Positions 1-9,327 are shown, numbered from the stretch's first letter. The stretch: DNA of 54,915 bases from a virus (IMGVR_UViG_3300042557_000196:1-54915), one strand, 5' to 3'. Notes: generated from the sequence alone by a model not told the origin. Translations and numbers: made by a program.

Positions 1-72
1 TACGCCCCGGGGACGTGACGAGGGGTGGACACGGGCGATTGCCAGCGAGGGGGGTCCGACGGGGGGCCGGAG
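1..72 (+). repeat. Imperfect terminal direct repeat (left copy)
   Basis: Bases 1-72 match 54845-54915 (tacgccccgg..gtgacgaggggtggacacgggcgattgccagcgaggggggt..) with a few mismatches and indels. Confidence 0.85.
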
Positions 73-113
73 GCTGCTACACGCCCAAACAGAATGCGAT
101 TCTGCGACCCAAG

Positions 114-187
114 CTCTGATTTATTTCTGGGGGACACGCAGCACGATCCACGTTTAGAGGCTGCGGAACGCTGTCTCTGATTTATTT
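114..187 (+). repeat. 13-bp direct repeat CTCTGATTTATTT x2 in the gene-free end region
   Basis: Exact copies at 114-126 and 175-187; GAGGCTGC and TTCTGGG also recur three times within 70-242. Confidence 0.7.
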
Positions 188-352
188 GGTGGCGGGATTC
201 TGGGAGAACACCCGTGGTTGGAGGCTGCGTTTCCTTTCTGGGATGATCTGGGTACCCTTCACGGCTGATGGGGAGGCAGGCACCGGGTTGTCTCCGAATC
301 CCCCCAGTGTTCAACCACGGCAACCCGGTGCAGCCTCCACTAAGGTTCGGTT

Positions 353-913
353 ATGGAGTACCCAATCCTTCGCCCAACGGGGAGTTCGGTCGTTCCGTAC
401 CTGCACGTCCCCTATGCGTTCTGCGACCTTGCCGAAGAACTGCCAGAGAAGGGGACGCGCTTCGTGCCGCACTCCTCCTTCGACGGGATCGACCGGCACA
501 TGGGACTCTTCGACCTTGACCAGAACGACTACCGGCACGTCTACAACCGGGTGGAGGGCACGATCCTGCACCTTCAGGAAGCGGTATGGGGCTTCAACCT
601 GTACTCGTGGCATCAGGAGCTGCGGATCAACCGCTACAAGGCCGGGGACGGCTTCCCTCTGCACACTGACCTTGGCGGCGTCGACCACACAAAGCTCATC
701 GCAGTCGTTGAGCTTGGCGAAGGCGACTACGACGGTGGGGAGCTTTCGTTCGTGACCAACCACAACGAGGGTGACGCTGCGGTCAGGACCGTGCGAATGA
801 AGAAGGGCGACCTCGTTCTGCTTCCGGGCTGGACGACGCACCGGGTTGAGCCGATCACGAGAGGCACGCGCTACTCACTGACGGGGTGGTTCGCGGGTCC
901 GAGCTTCGTATGA
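353..913 (+). CDS. 2OG-Fe(II) oxygenase (prolyl-4-hydroxylase-like)
   Basis: H-x-D (LHTD), GGEL, distal H and R-x-S (HRVEPITRGTRYSL); ATGA overlap with terL. Confidence 0.85.
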   Translation: MEYPILRPTGSSVVPYLHVPYAFCDLAEELPEKGTRFVPHSSFDGIDRHMGLFDLDQNDYRHVYNRVEGTILHLQEAVWGFNLYSWHQELRINRYKAGDGFPLHTDLGGVDHTKLIAVVELGEGDYDGGELSFVTNHNEGDAAVRTVRMKKGDLVLLPGWTTHRVEPITRGTRYSLTGWFAGPSFV

Positions 914-2298
914 GCCAGCTCATCCTCCGCCCACCGCAGGACGACGACGAACTGCACGAGGCAATCCTGACCTTGTGCGGGTTCGACATTCCACGAGAGA
1001 AGGTCTGCCGGAACCACGTCGCACCGTTCGACGCATTCTCCGACGCCTTCTTCAGTCGGCACCCCGTGTCCATCTGGAAGGCGTCACGCGGCTTCGGAGG
1101 CAAGTCCACGCTGCTCGGCACCCTTGTCTGGGCAGAGGCGGTCCTACTGTCCGCTCAGGTGACCGTGCTGGGCGGCTCGGCGGCTCAGTCGCAGCGCGTC
1201 CACGAAGTGACGCAGGAGGTCTGGTACTCGCCGCTCGCCCCGACGGGCCTGCTGGAGTCTGATCCGACCACGTTCAAGACACGCCTCAAGAACCGTGCGT
1301 GGATCATCGCACTAATGGCATCGCAGAAGTCAGTCCGAGGCCCGCACCCGCAGCGCCTTCGACTGGACGAGATTGACGAGATGGACCTTGATATTCTGGA
1401 AGCCGCGCAGGGGCAGCCGCAGGAGGCGCGCGGAATCGAATCGCAGACGGTCATGTCCTCAACGCACCAGTACCCGGACGGCACGATGACCACGATGATG
1501 AACCGTGCCGGGGAGAAGGGCTGGCCGATCTACGAATGGTGCTGGCGGGAGTCGATGGGCACCGCTGACAACCCCGGATGGCTGAAGGAGTCGATGGTCC
1601 TTCGCAAGCAGGCTGAAGTCTCCAAGCAGATGTGGGACACCGAGTACGACCTTCAGGAACCGTCGTTTGAGGGTCGTGCCATCGTGACCGAGTTCGTGGA
1701 CCTCTGTTTCGATCCTGCGCTCGGTGAGTACGACGGCGAGCCTGAGTACGAAGTCATCGCAGAAGAGCCGGTGGAGGGCGTCCCATACGTCACTGGCGTG
1801 GACTGGGCGAAGGAGAACGACTGGACGGTCATCCGCACGTTCCGTGCCGACGGCCCGGTCTGGCAGGAGGTCGCCTTCATGCGAATCCAGCGCAAGACGT
1901 GGAGCTACATGGTCCACCTCGTCAACCGGCGCTGGAACAAGTACGGCGGCATCGTCGTCCACGACTCCACCGGCTTGGGTTCTGTCGTCAACGACTTGCT
2001 GGAGATTCCACGCACTCAGGTCAAGCCGTTCGTTCTCGTCGGGCGTGAGCGAGAGTCTGCGTTTATCGAATACATCGCAGCGATTGAGCATGAGTCGATC
2101 AAGTGCCCACGCATCACGTTCGCCTACAACGAACACAAGTACGTCCGGTCCAGCGACCTCTTCACGTCCAGTGGCCACGCCCCCGACTCGTTCGTGGCTG
2201 GGGCGCTGGCGTGGTCCGTCCGCAGGAGGGCAGTGCTGGACCCTGTACGCATCCACTCCGCTCTCAAGGACGGCGGATCGCAGTGGCAGATCGCATGA
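910..2298 (+). CDS. terL: Terminase large subunit
   Basis: Walker A-like ASRGFGGKST, Walker B LRLDEID, nuclease-domain motifs GVDWA..D and C-terminal APDSF; start taken at ATG 910. Confidence 0.85.
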   Translation: MSQLILRPPQDDDELHEAILTLCGFDIPREKVCRNHVAPFDAFSDAFFSRHPVSIWKASRGFGGKSTLLGTLVWAEAVLLSAQVTVLGGSAAQSQRVHEVTQEVWYSPLAPTGLLESDPTTFKTRLKNRAWIIALMASQKSVRGPHPQRLRLDEIDEMDLDILEAAQGQPQEARGIESQTVMSSTHQYPDGTMTTMMNRAGEKGWPIYEWCWRESMGTADNPGWLKESMVLRKQAEVSKQMWDTEYDLQEPSFEGRAIVTEFVDLCFDPALGEYDGEPEYEVIAEEPVEGVPYVTGVDWAKENDWTVIRTFRADGPVWQEVAFMRIQRKTWSYMVHLVNRRWNKYGGIVVHDSTGLGSVVNDLLEIPRTQVKPFVLVGRERESAFIEYIAAIEHESIKCPRITFAYNEHKYVRSSDLFTSSGHAPDSFVAGALAWSVRRRAVLDPVRIHSALKDGGSQWQIA

Positions 2299-2975
2299 CT
2301 ACTCCGTACTACCAAGACGACAACGTGACGATCTATCACGGAGACTGTCGAAGCGTGACACACGACTCTGGAAGGTGGGCTGACCTGCTGGTGACTGACC
2401 CCCCATACGGGATCGCCTACAAGTCAAGAGGCAGGCACGACATGATCGCTGGAGACAAGGATGGCGAGTGGGTGTCTGAAGCTATCAAACACTGCCTTCG
2501 CTCACTCAAAGTTCACCGCCACTTCTATGTATTCGGGCCGGACGTTGTTTCGGAGCACACTGTCTGCCCGACAGTCGAACTCATGTGGGACAAGGAGCGC
2601 ATGGCTGCTGGTGGTAGGAGTGATTACCCTTGGTCACCGGGACACGAGCGCATCACGTTCGGGATGTTCTCTCCTTACAAATCGCACAAAAACACAGGCA
2701 GCGGCCTAGCCCGACTTCGACGCTCTACGGTGCTGCGCTTCCCGAAGCAGAACAACGGAAGAGGGTCGTTCACGCATCCGAACGAGAAGCCCGTCGGGCT
2801 GATGAGAGTAATGATCGAAGCATCGTCGCAGTTTGGGGAGTTGATCTACGACCCGTTCATGGGTTCTGGCACGACTCTTGTTGCGGCAGTGCTAGAAGGC
2901 CGACGAGCTGTGGGTGTCGAAGTTGGCGAGAAGTATTGCGAGATAGCAGCGCAAAGGTGCGAGAAGCTCGCATGA
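2295..2975 (+). CDS. DNA N6-adenine/N4-cytosine methyltransferase (beta class)
   Basis: Catalytic DPPY precedes HPNEKP and the SAM-binding DPFMGSGTT; start at ATG 2295 (ATGA overlap). Confidence 0.92.
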   Translation: MTTPYYQDDNVTIYHGDCRSVTHDSGRWADLLVTDPPYGIAYKSRGRHDMIAGDKDGEWVSEAIKHCLRSLKVHRHFYVFGPDVVSEHTVCPTVELMWDKERMAAGGRSDYPWSPGHERITFGMFSPYKSHKNTGSGLARLRRSTVLRFPKQNNGRGSFTHPNEKPVGLMRVMIEASSQFGELIYDPFMGSGTTLVAAVLEGRRAVGVEVGEKYCEIAAQRCEKLA

Positions 2976-3514
2976 CGCGCAGAACTCCGTGGCCAATCCG
3001 GTCCTACCGTGCAGACAGGTACAGAGAGTTCGCCTTGGAGCGGGGGCAGCACCTCCTGAACCTGAACGACTACTACACGGCATACGACCGATACGGAGAT
3101 GTCCGTGACGGCAGAGAAGGTGCCGTACCTCGGTACATCGACCTGCCCATGAGCGACTACAAGTGGCTCTACACCAAGGCCGAAAGGCTAGTGCGGAAGG
3201 CGAACACTGCGCTCTGGGGCTTCAAGCTGACCGGCTGGAACCAGCCTCTACGCCTGAACGTCTACCCGACGAACTCCAGCTTCGTCGCCCATAGCGACCA
3301 CTGCGCCCACGACCGCTCCAAGGTCGCATTCGTCATGCCCATCACGATGGCGAAAGACGGAGGCTCTACGTTCCTGCTGGACGTTGACCTACCTCGTGTC
3401 ATGCCGGGGGACGTACTCATCTTCCCGGCGTTCCACCCTCACGGGGTCTACCCGGTCAAGGCAGGCACGCGCGTGAGCCTTGCTGGCTGGGCTACTGGGC
3501 CAAGGTTTACCTAG
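2972..3514 (+). CDS. Second 2OG-Fe(II) oxygenase, paralogue of 353-913
   Basis: HSD, GG, HGVYPVKAGTRVSLAGW; shares the LWGFxL..W.Q.LR and GW..GP.F motifs with the first oxygenase. Confidence 0.8.
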   Translation: MTRRTPWPIRSYRADRYREFALERGQHLLNLNDYYTAYDRYGDVRDGREGAVPRYIDLPMSDYKWLYTKAERLVRKANTALWGFKLTGWNQPLRLNVYPTNSSFVAHSDHCAHDRSKVAFVMPITMAKDGGSTFLLDVDLPRVMPGDVLIFPAFHPHGVYPVKAGTRVSLAGWATGPRFT

Positions 3515-3558
3515 ACCGGCTCCCAATATCGCCACCCGCACGGGTAAAGTTCACACTC

Positions 3559-3831
3559 GTGATCGCCGACAACCAGTTCTTTGAGGTATTCGCGACCGTT
3601 ATTGCGGCGGTTTCTGGCGTCACCGCAATCCTCGTGCTTGGAGAAAAGACGACGGGCATCCTCGGGCGATGGTTCCAGCGTCAGTACCGTGAGGCGTCGC
3701 AGCAGGCTGACGCACTGGTCCGCTACCATCTCGGACCGAACGGCAGCACCATGCCGATGCACGTTCGCATCCAGAACCTTGAGAGCGACGTGACCTACCT
3801 GAAGCAGCTAGCCGACGAGAAGGACGACTGA
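3559..3831 (+). CDS. Small membrane protein upstream of the lysin (possible lysis accessory)
   Basis: One N-terminal hydrophobic helix; translationally coupled to the endolysin. Confidence 0.55.
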   Translation: MIADNQFFEVFATVIAAVSGVTAILVLGEKTTGILGRWFQRQYREASQQADALVRYHLGPNGSTMPMHVRIQNLESDVTYLKQLADEKDD

Positions 3832-4628
3832 TGGGCACCGCCGCTGGAATGCTGGACCTCGCTCGGCAGCAGGTCGGATACGTCGAAGGCCCTCGCAACA
3901 ACCAGACGAAGTACGGCGCTTGGAGTGGCTACAACTTCCAGCCTTGGTGTGGCTCGTTCGTCAACTGGTGCCTTCACTTCAGTGGAACTGGAGGCGAGCC
4001 GAGCGTTGTCTGGACCCCCGGTGGCGCTCAGTCGTACCAGAGGCTCGGTCGTGCGATCCCCCGCAACGGCGAAGTGCGACCCGGAGATGTTGTGTTCTTC
4101 GATTGGGGCGGCTCGCTCCTCGCCAGCAACGTGGATCACGTCGGGATTGTCGAAGCACCTCTCCCTGACGGGCGCATCCAAACCATTGAGGGCAACACCA
4201 GCCCTAGCGACTTCGGCTCCCAGTCGAATGGCGGTGGCTGCTACCGGCGAATCCGCAGCAGAGGCACCATCGCCATGTTCGGGCGTCCCCTCTACGCCCC
4301 CGACCCGGCTTCTCCGTGGACGCCGCCTCCTGCCAACGTGGACTGGGCTGCACTCCGTAGGTTCGTCGCAGCCGCCCTCAGGAACGATCTGCGGGCCGTT
4401 GGGACCGTCAAGCTCGGCTCCCGTGGGAAGGCCGTAGAAACGGTCCAGAAGGCCCTGAACCATGTCTCCGGGGCTGCCTTGCAGGCTGACGGGTCGTTCG
4501 GCCCTCAGACGCACGCAGCGGTCGTGGCATTCCAGAAGTTCTTTCGCCTCGCTGGCGACGGAGTGGTCGGTCCGCAGACCAAGGCGATGCTGGACCTCTG
4601 CCTCGCCAAGATTGCGGCTGGCCAGTAG
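3831..4628 (+). CDS. Endolysin: CHAP amidase plus C-terminal peptidoglycan-binding domain
   Basis: PWCGSFV, HVGIV and IEGNT CHAP motifs; DGSFGPQT..FQ..L..DGVVGPQT peptidoglycan-binding repeat. Confidence 0.9.
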   Translation: MGTAAGMLDLARQQVGYVEGPRNNQTKYGAWSGYNFQPWCGSFVNWCLHFSGTGGEPSVVWTPGGAQSYQRLGRAIPRNGEVRPGDVVFFDWGGSLLASNVDHVGIVEAPLPDGRIQTIEGNTSPSDFGSQSNGGGCYRRIRSRGTIAMFGRPLYAPDPASPWTPPPANVDWAALRRFVAAALRNDLRAVGTVKLGSRGKAVETVQKALNHVSGAALQADGSFGPQTHAAVVAFQKFFRLAGDGVVGPQTKAMLDLCLAKIAAGQ

Positions 4629-4629
4629 C

Positions 4630-5523
4630 TCACACTGAGCGATCCACGACACGCCGCAGCTTGCTGGGCGTCATGGAGTTGGGGTCCTTGACCTTGGCCG
4701 GGTACTTGAGGCGAGCAGTGGTCATCAGTCGCTGACCAATCTCGTCCTCTATCTGGTCGGCCAGCTTGTGGCCAGCGTCGTCGTTGTCAGCGGCGATCAG
4801 CACCACCTTCGGGACGAGAGACATGAGCGCCTTTCGCTGGTCGCTGGACATTGAGGACCCGTAGACCGACACGGCAGGCACTCCAATGTTCCAGAACGCC
4901 AGCGCATCGAAGCACCCCTCTGTCACCGCCACGACCGGCGACCCCATAGGAACCCGGTGATACGAGAAGAGGGTGGACTTGCGGGGGAAGCCCTTGGGGT
5001 AGCGGTACTTGACGCTGGAGTCCATGAAGCGTCGGTTGACCCCGAGCAAGCGACCTCGTGAGTCGTGCAGCGGGATCGTTATGGCCTTGGCAACTCCATC
5101 CCACCCGATCCTGAATCGCTTGGTGGTGATGCGAGTCAGATGCCGGTCGTTCCGCAGGTAGTCCCTGATCCTTGGAGGCAACACTGTGAACTGCTCCAGC
5201 CACTCCTCTGGGTAGACCTTGGGTTGCGCGCTCTGTCTGCCGCCGAGAGTGCGTTCGGTATGGTCCCGAAGCTCACTCAGACTGGGCATCGGCACGCTTC
5301 CCGCACCGACTTGCTTGACCAGCTTGCTGATCCCTCCTGACTCGCCGCAGCCGTAGCAAACGAAGAGTCCCTTGCGGACGTTGAACGCCATAGAGGGTCG
5401 GGAGTCATCGTGGAAGGGGCAGGTGCAGTACAACTCATCACCGCCGTCTATCCGCACGTCCAGATAGGTTTGAGCGAACTTGCGGTACCGCACCTGACCC
5501 CTCCCACTAGCTACCCTGCCCAC
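4630..5523 (-). CDS. dnaG: DNA primase (CHC2 zinc finger plus TOPRIM)
   Basis: CPFHDDSRPS..CYGC zinc finger; EGCFDA and DNDDAG TOPRIM motifs; exact start uncertain. Confidence 0.9.
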   Translation of the reverse strand: MGRVASGRGQVRYRKFAQTYLDVRIDGGDELYCTCPFHDDSRPSMAFNVRKGLFVCYGCGESGGISKLVKQVGAGSVPMPSLSELRDHTERTLGGRQSAQPKVYPEEWLEQFTVLPPRIRDYLRNDRHLTRITTKRFRIGWDGVAKAITIPLHDSRGRLLGVNRRFMDSSVKYRYPKGFPRKSTLFSYHRVPMGSPVVAVTEGCFDALAFWNIGVPAVSVYGSSMSSDQRKALMSLVPKVVLIAADNDDAGHKLADQIEDEIGQRLMTTARLKYPAKVKDPNSMTPSKLRRVVDRSV

Positions 5524-5815
5524 CGGCAGGAAGAGTGTGCTTTCGCACGAACTGGCGACGGTTGGCCCGAGCTTGCATCAGGTCGGCGTCGATTGGACAG
5601 AGCCTTGTGTCAGGCCCGTAGTGCATCAGTGGCTCACCCTCATGCTGCGGGGTGTACCAGCGGCAATCGGCGCTAAGAGTGTCTGCCAAGCAGAGCGGGC
5701 AGGTTTCGTCTGGATGCTCGTCCTCTGTCTGGATCGCCAGTAGGTAGGTTTCGATCCAGCGAGCAGCGTGGTACTGCTCCTCGTCGTCGTAGATGTTCGG
5801 GTCGAATGGCCGCAT
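5507..5815 (-). CDS. Hypothetical protein between helicase and primase
   Basis: Start overlaps the helicase stop codon; contains CxxC. Confidence 0.55.
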   Translation of the reverse strand: MRPFDPNIYDDEEQYHAARWIETYLLAIQTEDEHPDETCPLCLADTLSADCRWYTPQHEGEPLMHYGPDTRLCPIDADLMQARANRRQFVRKHTLPAGGQGS

Positions 5816-7092
5816 CAGTAGTCCTCCTTTGCGGCAATGTCCTGCTCACGGATCTCTTCGGCACGTTCCTTGGTGATCTCTTCATACCCGCCAGTGTTCG
5901 GCGTGAAGTGCGTCCACCAATCGACTCCATCACGACCGTGGCGGTACTTGGCCAAGCGGAGTCGCATAACGTGGTCCGATTCCTTCCGCATCGTGAGGAC
6001 AGCATCAGCGTCGTGGCCGATGGCATCCGAACCAGCCAAGTGCTCAACTCCGGGTGCCTTCCCCCCGACGCCCATGCGGTTGATCTGAGATGCCGCCACA
6101 ATCGGAATCTGATACCGCATGGCGAGGCCCTTGAGTTCTGCCGAGAGCTGGGCCATGTTCTGCCACTGCTCTCTTTGTGCCGACCCGCCTGATCCCATGA
6201 GTCCCAAGTAGTCCACGAACACGACGTTGGGGTTGTTCCTCTCAATCTGGGACGCAATGGTCAGTGGAGTGACCCGCCCAGTGCTGGCGTCGTTGATGAA
6301 CAGAGAGCCATCCAGCTTGTCCTTCATGGACTTGAGGTATGCCCGGTACTTCCGAAGGTCAACACTCCCCTTCTGCATGTCGCTGGCCCGGAACACTTGC
6401 TCCCCGTACTTGGACGAGAGGAACGCATGGACCCGAATGGCGATCTGGAGGCGTGACTGCTCCATTGCGTCGTACTGGACCCGGTACCCGCCGAAGAGGG
6501 CAGCACAAGCCATGCGGATGAGAGTCCACGTCTTTCCCTGACCGAGCCGAGCAGCGACTACCCAGAACTCTCCGGGTTCCATGCCCCCGGTGATCTCGTC
6601 CAGAGTCTCAAACCCCGTCGGGATACCCGGCATCCCATTGTCCTGAGAACGCTTGGCCCGGTTCTGAATGTCTCTGTAGATCGACTGCCAGTCATCGTTC
6701 AGCTCTTTCTCTGAGCCGCTGCCGTCTACCTGAGACTGAACCTTGATGATGTCCCGGTGCATTGACCCGAGAACCTTGGCGGGGTCCAGACCTTCCTGAA
6801 GAGAGTCATTCGCTTCCAGCATGATGGAAACCAGAGACTTCTCAACGTGATGCTTGGAAAGCTCTTCGACTCCGTATTCCACGTCATCGACTGCTAGGAG
6901 AGCTTCACCGAACTTGGACTTGTAGAGAGACTTACTAGGGACCCTTCCATGTCTCCTGTAGTAGTTGTCGATCCATGACCATTCCTGCGAGTAGTCGTGG
7001 AACCAGTCAGTCTCTACGCCTGATGAATGAACATGAGCCATGTTGCCTGTACGCAGCACGGCTGAGATGAGGAATCTTTCCGGGTTGGCCAT
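5815..7092 (-). CDS. dnaB: Replicative DnaB-like helicase
   Basis: GIPTGF, Walker A ARLGQGKT, VDYL, SQINR and K.RHG motifs; AGGA ribosome-binding site. Confidence 0.92.
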   Translation of the reverse strand: MANPERFLISAVLRTGNMAHVHSSGVETDWFHDYSQEWSWIDNYYRRHGRVPSKSLYKSKFGEALLAVDDVEYGVEELSKHHVEKSLVSIMLEANDSLQEGLDPAKVLGSMHRDIIKVQSQVDGSGSEKELNDDWQSIYRDIQNRAKRSQDNGMPGIPTGFETLDEITGGMEPGEFWVVAARLGQGKTWTLIRMACAALFGGYRVQYDAMEQSRLQIAIRVHAFLSSKYGEQVFRASDMQKGSVDLRKYRAYLKSMKDKLDGSLFINDASTGRVTPLTIASQIERNNPNVVFVDYLGLMGSGGSAQREQWQNMAQLSAELKGLAMRYQIPIVAASQINRMGVGGKAPGVEHLAGSDAIGHDADAVLTMRKESDHVMRLRLAKYRHGRDGVDWWTHFTPNTGGYEEITKERAEEIREQDIAAKEDY

Positions 7093-7185
7093 GAATCCTT
7101 CCTGAGTGGTGGGCAGTTGGGTAGCTGCCGGACAATAGGCCCAGAGAGCGGCGATCCGTTCCGAAATCTTTGACGACTTCTAATA

Positions 7186-7256
7186 CACGACATAGATGTC
7201 TGGTATGCCCCACGCCAGTGCTGGGGTCTGGCCCAAAGCACGACATTCGTGTCGTG
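7186..7256. promoter_or_regulatory. Two operator-like palindromes CACGACA-N4-TGTC(G)TG
   Basis: Perfect copy at 7239-7256 and imperfect copy at 7186-7203, between divergent operons. Confidence 0.5.
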
Positions 7257-7285
7257 TATCCAAAGTCCATTGAGTGTCGAAAGAC

Positions 7286-7314
7286 TTGACTATCGTGAAA
7301 GTAGAGGGTAGGCT
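7286..7314 (+). promoter_or_regulatory. Sigma-70/SigA-type promoter TTGACT-N17-TAGGCT
   Basis: Near-consensus -35 and -10 with a 17-bp spacer at the head of the rightward early region. Confidence 0.7.
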
Positions 7315-7320
7315 GGTGGA

Positions 7321-8160
7321 CGCCCCACGGGCCGCGCAGCGGTCGCGGTGGGGTGGCCACCCGGCCCAAGACTCCCGGGTGGCCGGGGGTCCCCGGCTAA
7401 AACCTCGGGGACAGCATCCCGGCGGCTGGCCTCGGTGGCTGGTCGTGGAAGGAACCCCGAATCAGACCGGCCTCCGGGTTGGGTGGGTGGATAGCCAAGC
7501 CCCACCTCGGTTCTGATTCAGGGTCCGGGCCTCCCCCATAGGTACCAACCGAAACCGGGAAGGAGTACTTGGCCCACGGGCCATGACTGACCCGGCCTCA
7601 GGTTGGTAGCCACTAACGGTGACCTCTCAGTCAGCGGCATTCCTGTCAACGACCTGATCCTCTACGCCCGTCGGTCGATGCGACCGCCCGGACGGGCCTC
7701 AAGTAGGGCAGTCAGGCAACGGTGGCAGGCATCGTACTCAACGATGAACCCATCCCGGTTGTACGGGGCGAGATCAGTCACCAGCAAGCTGCAACCTCCA
7801 CTGAGCGTGGCGGGCCTTGGAAATGGCCCTCAAGGTTGTGTTCCTACCGTACAGCTTGACCACCTTCACCCCGCCCTCGGACTGCGAGCGACTGGCGGGG
7901 ACTAACCCCACCCTCTCATCGGGCACCGTTAGTTCTCCAAGCGGACACCGCTTGGCATGGTCCTCTTCGGCCTCATCGCATTCGACGTTCATGGAACGGC
8001 ACCAGCGAACTCGCCGCACGACCTTGCACAAGCCCCGCAGCGGAGAATGCGACGGACGTGGCAAACGGCTTGGTCATGCGACGACCTCGCCGGGGTGCGA
8101 ATCCCATAAGCGGTTCGACTGAGAGTTCGGGGCAAACGCCACCCGGTGCTTCGGCACCCT
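7321..8160 (+). ncRNA. Candidate large structured non-coding RNA or structured leader
   Basis: More than 12 local and long-range helices visible (see findings); no convincing CDS; starts just after the promoter. Confidence 0.55.
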
Positions 8161-8193
8161 CAACCAACAACCAACCAACAAGGAGAACAACCA

Positions 8194-8535
8194 ATGGCCA
8201 AGCTCACCAAGTGTCCAGACCACCTCCGGTTCCGTTCGCTGCGGGACTTCGGTGACGCCATCGACAACGCAACCCTCCCCACCGACAACATCCTCCTGAG
8301 CTGGGGAGGTCGGCACTCACTCGTCGTCAAGGTGTCACGGACTCGCGACTGCGGATGGCGGCTGACGTTCATCGACGCGCCAGACTCCATCCGCCCGGAA
8401 CGCTTCGTCGCCTTCATGCAGCGGAGGTTCAAGGGATGGGACGGCGCATCCCTCGTCACCGCCAAGTCCGTGGCAGGCAACCCGAAGGCAACCGGCCTCA
8501 AGCGGTGGACCGAACACACGGTCATCGTGGACTGA
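8194..8535 (+). CDS. Early hypothetical protein
   Basis: ATG 8194 follows a CA-rich leader and AAGGAG. Confidence 0.75.
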   Translation: MAKLTKCPDHLRFRSLRDFGDAIDNATLPTDNILLSWGGRHSLVVKVSRTRDCGWRLTFIDAPDSIRPERFVAFMQRRFKGWDGASLVTAKSVAGNPKATGLKRWTEHTVIVD

Positions 8536-8650
8536 CCATCCTCTACGCCCGCCAGTGCGGGCCAACCTCGTGGGGCCGGGACGCCCCTTCCTCCAACCCC
8601 TTGTCCCGGCCCCACGCAACGCCCAACAACCAACAAGGAGTACAACCAAC

Positions 8651-9070
8651 ATGGCAAAGCTCACCGCAACCACCTACGACGACCTCTACAACGTCCTGAC
8701 CGACGAGAACGTGGAAGAGGCTGTCATCGGCAACAACACCACGGCCTTCCTCAACCAGCGTAGTTGTGAAATCGAAACGGTGAAGGTGGCTCTCCACGGC
8801 AGCGTGATCGCCGTCCTCTACGCCAACGACAAGGTGGCGTTCTCGCTGGCTGGCTACCCCACGGTCACGACTCGTGAGCGGATCAACCAGTTCTTGCCCT
8901 CTGGCTACAAGGTCGTCCAGCGTGGCGGGGTTCAGTTCGTGTCTCTGCCTGACGGCACCTACAAGGAACTCAACCCGCTGCGGACCTACACGATCTACGG
9001 GACTCACCGGGTCAATGGCTACACCGTCCCGGCCCGCATCGCCATGACCACTTCGGTCAACGACCTCTGA
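8651..9070 (+). CDS. Early hypothetical protein
   Basis: ATG 8651 follows a CA-rich leader and AAGGAG. Confidence 0.8.
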   Translation: MAKLTATTYDDLYNVLTDENVEEAVIGNNTTAFLNQRSCEIETVKVALHGSVIAVLYANDKVAFSLAGYPTVTTRERINQFLPSGYKVVQRGGVQFVSLPDGTYKELNPLRTYTIYGTHRVNGYTVPARIAMTTSVNDL

Positions 9071-9114
9071 CCAACCAACCAACCAACCAACCAACTACCA
9101 AGGAGACAACCAAC

Positions 9115-9327
9115 ATGGCAAAGGCAACCGAACTCACCAAGGATCAGGAGATCGAGCGGCTCAAGGAGCAGCTCGCTTGCGTGGAAGGTATCGCAGTCGA
9201 AGCGATCGGAGGCTTGCAGGCTGGCGACGGCTGGACCTACGACCTCGGATGGGACCTTTCTCGCCAACTGGACGACTTGCTCGGACGGGTCCACTTCGGA
9301 CCGGACGATGATGAGAACGACGACTGA
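9115..9327 (+). CDS. Early hypothetical protein
   Basis: (CCAA)n leader and AAGGAG. Confidence 0.75.
   Translation: MAKATELTKDQEIERLKEQLACVEGIAVEAIGGLQAGDGWTYDLGWDLSRQLDDLLGRVHFGPDDDENDD

Noticed and set aside
7274-8255. Short ORFs in the 7.3-8.2 kb region
   Set aside because: They lack good ribosome-binding sites and the codon bias of neighbouring genes, and they overlap one another; a structured RNA explains the sequence better
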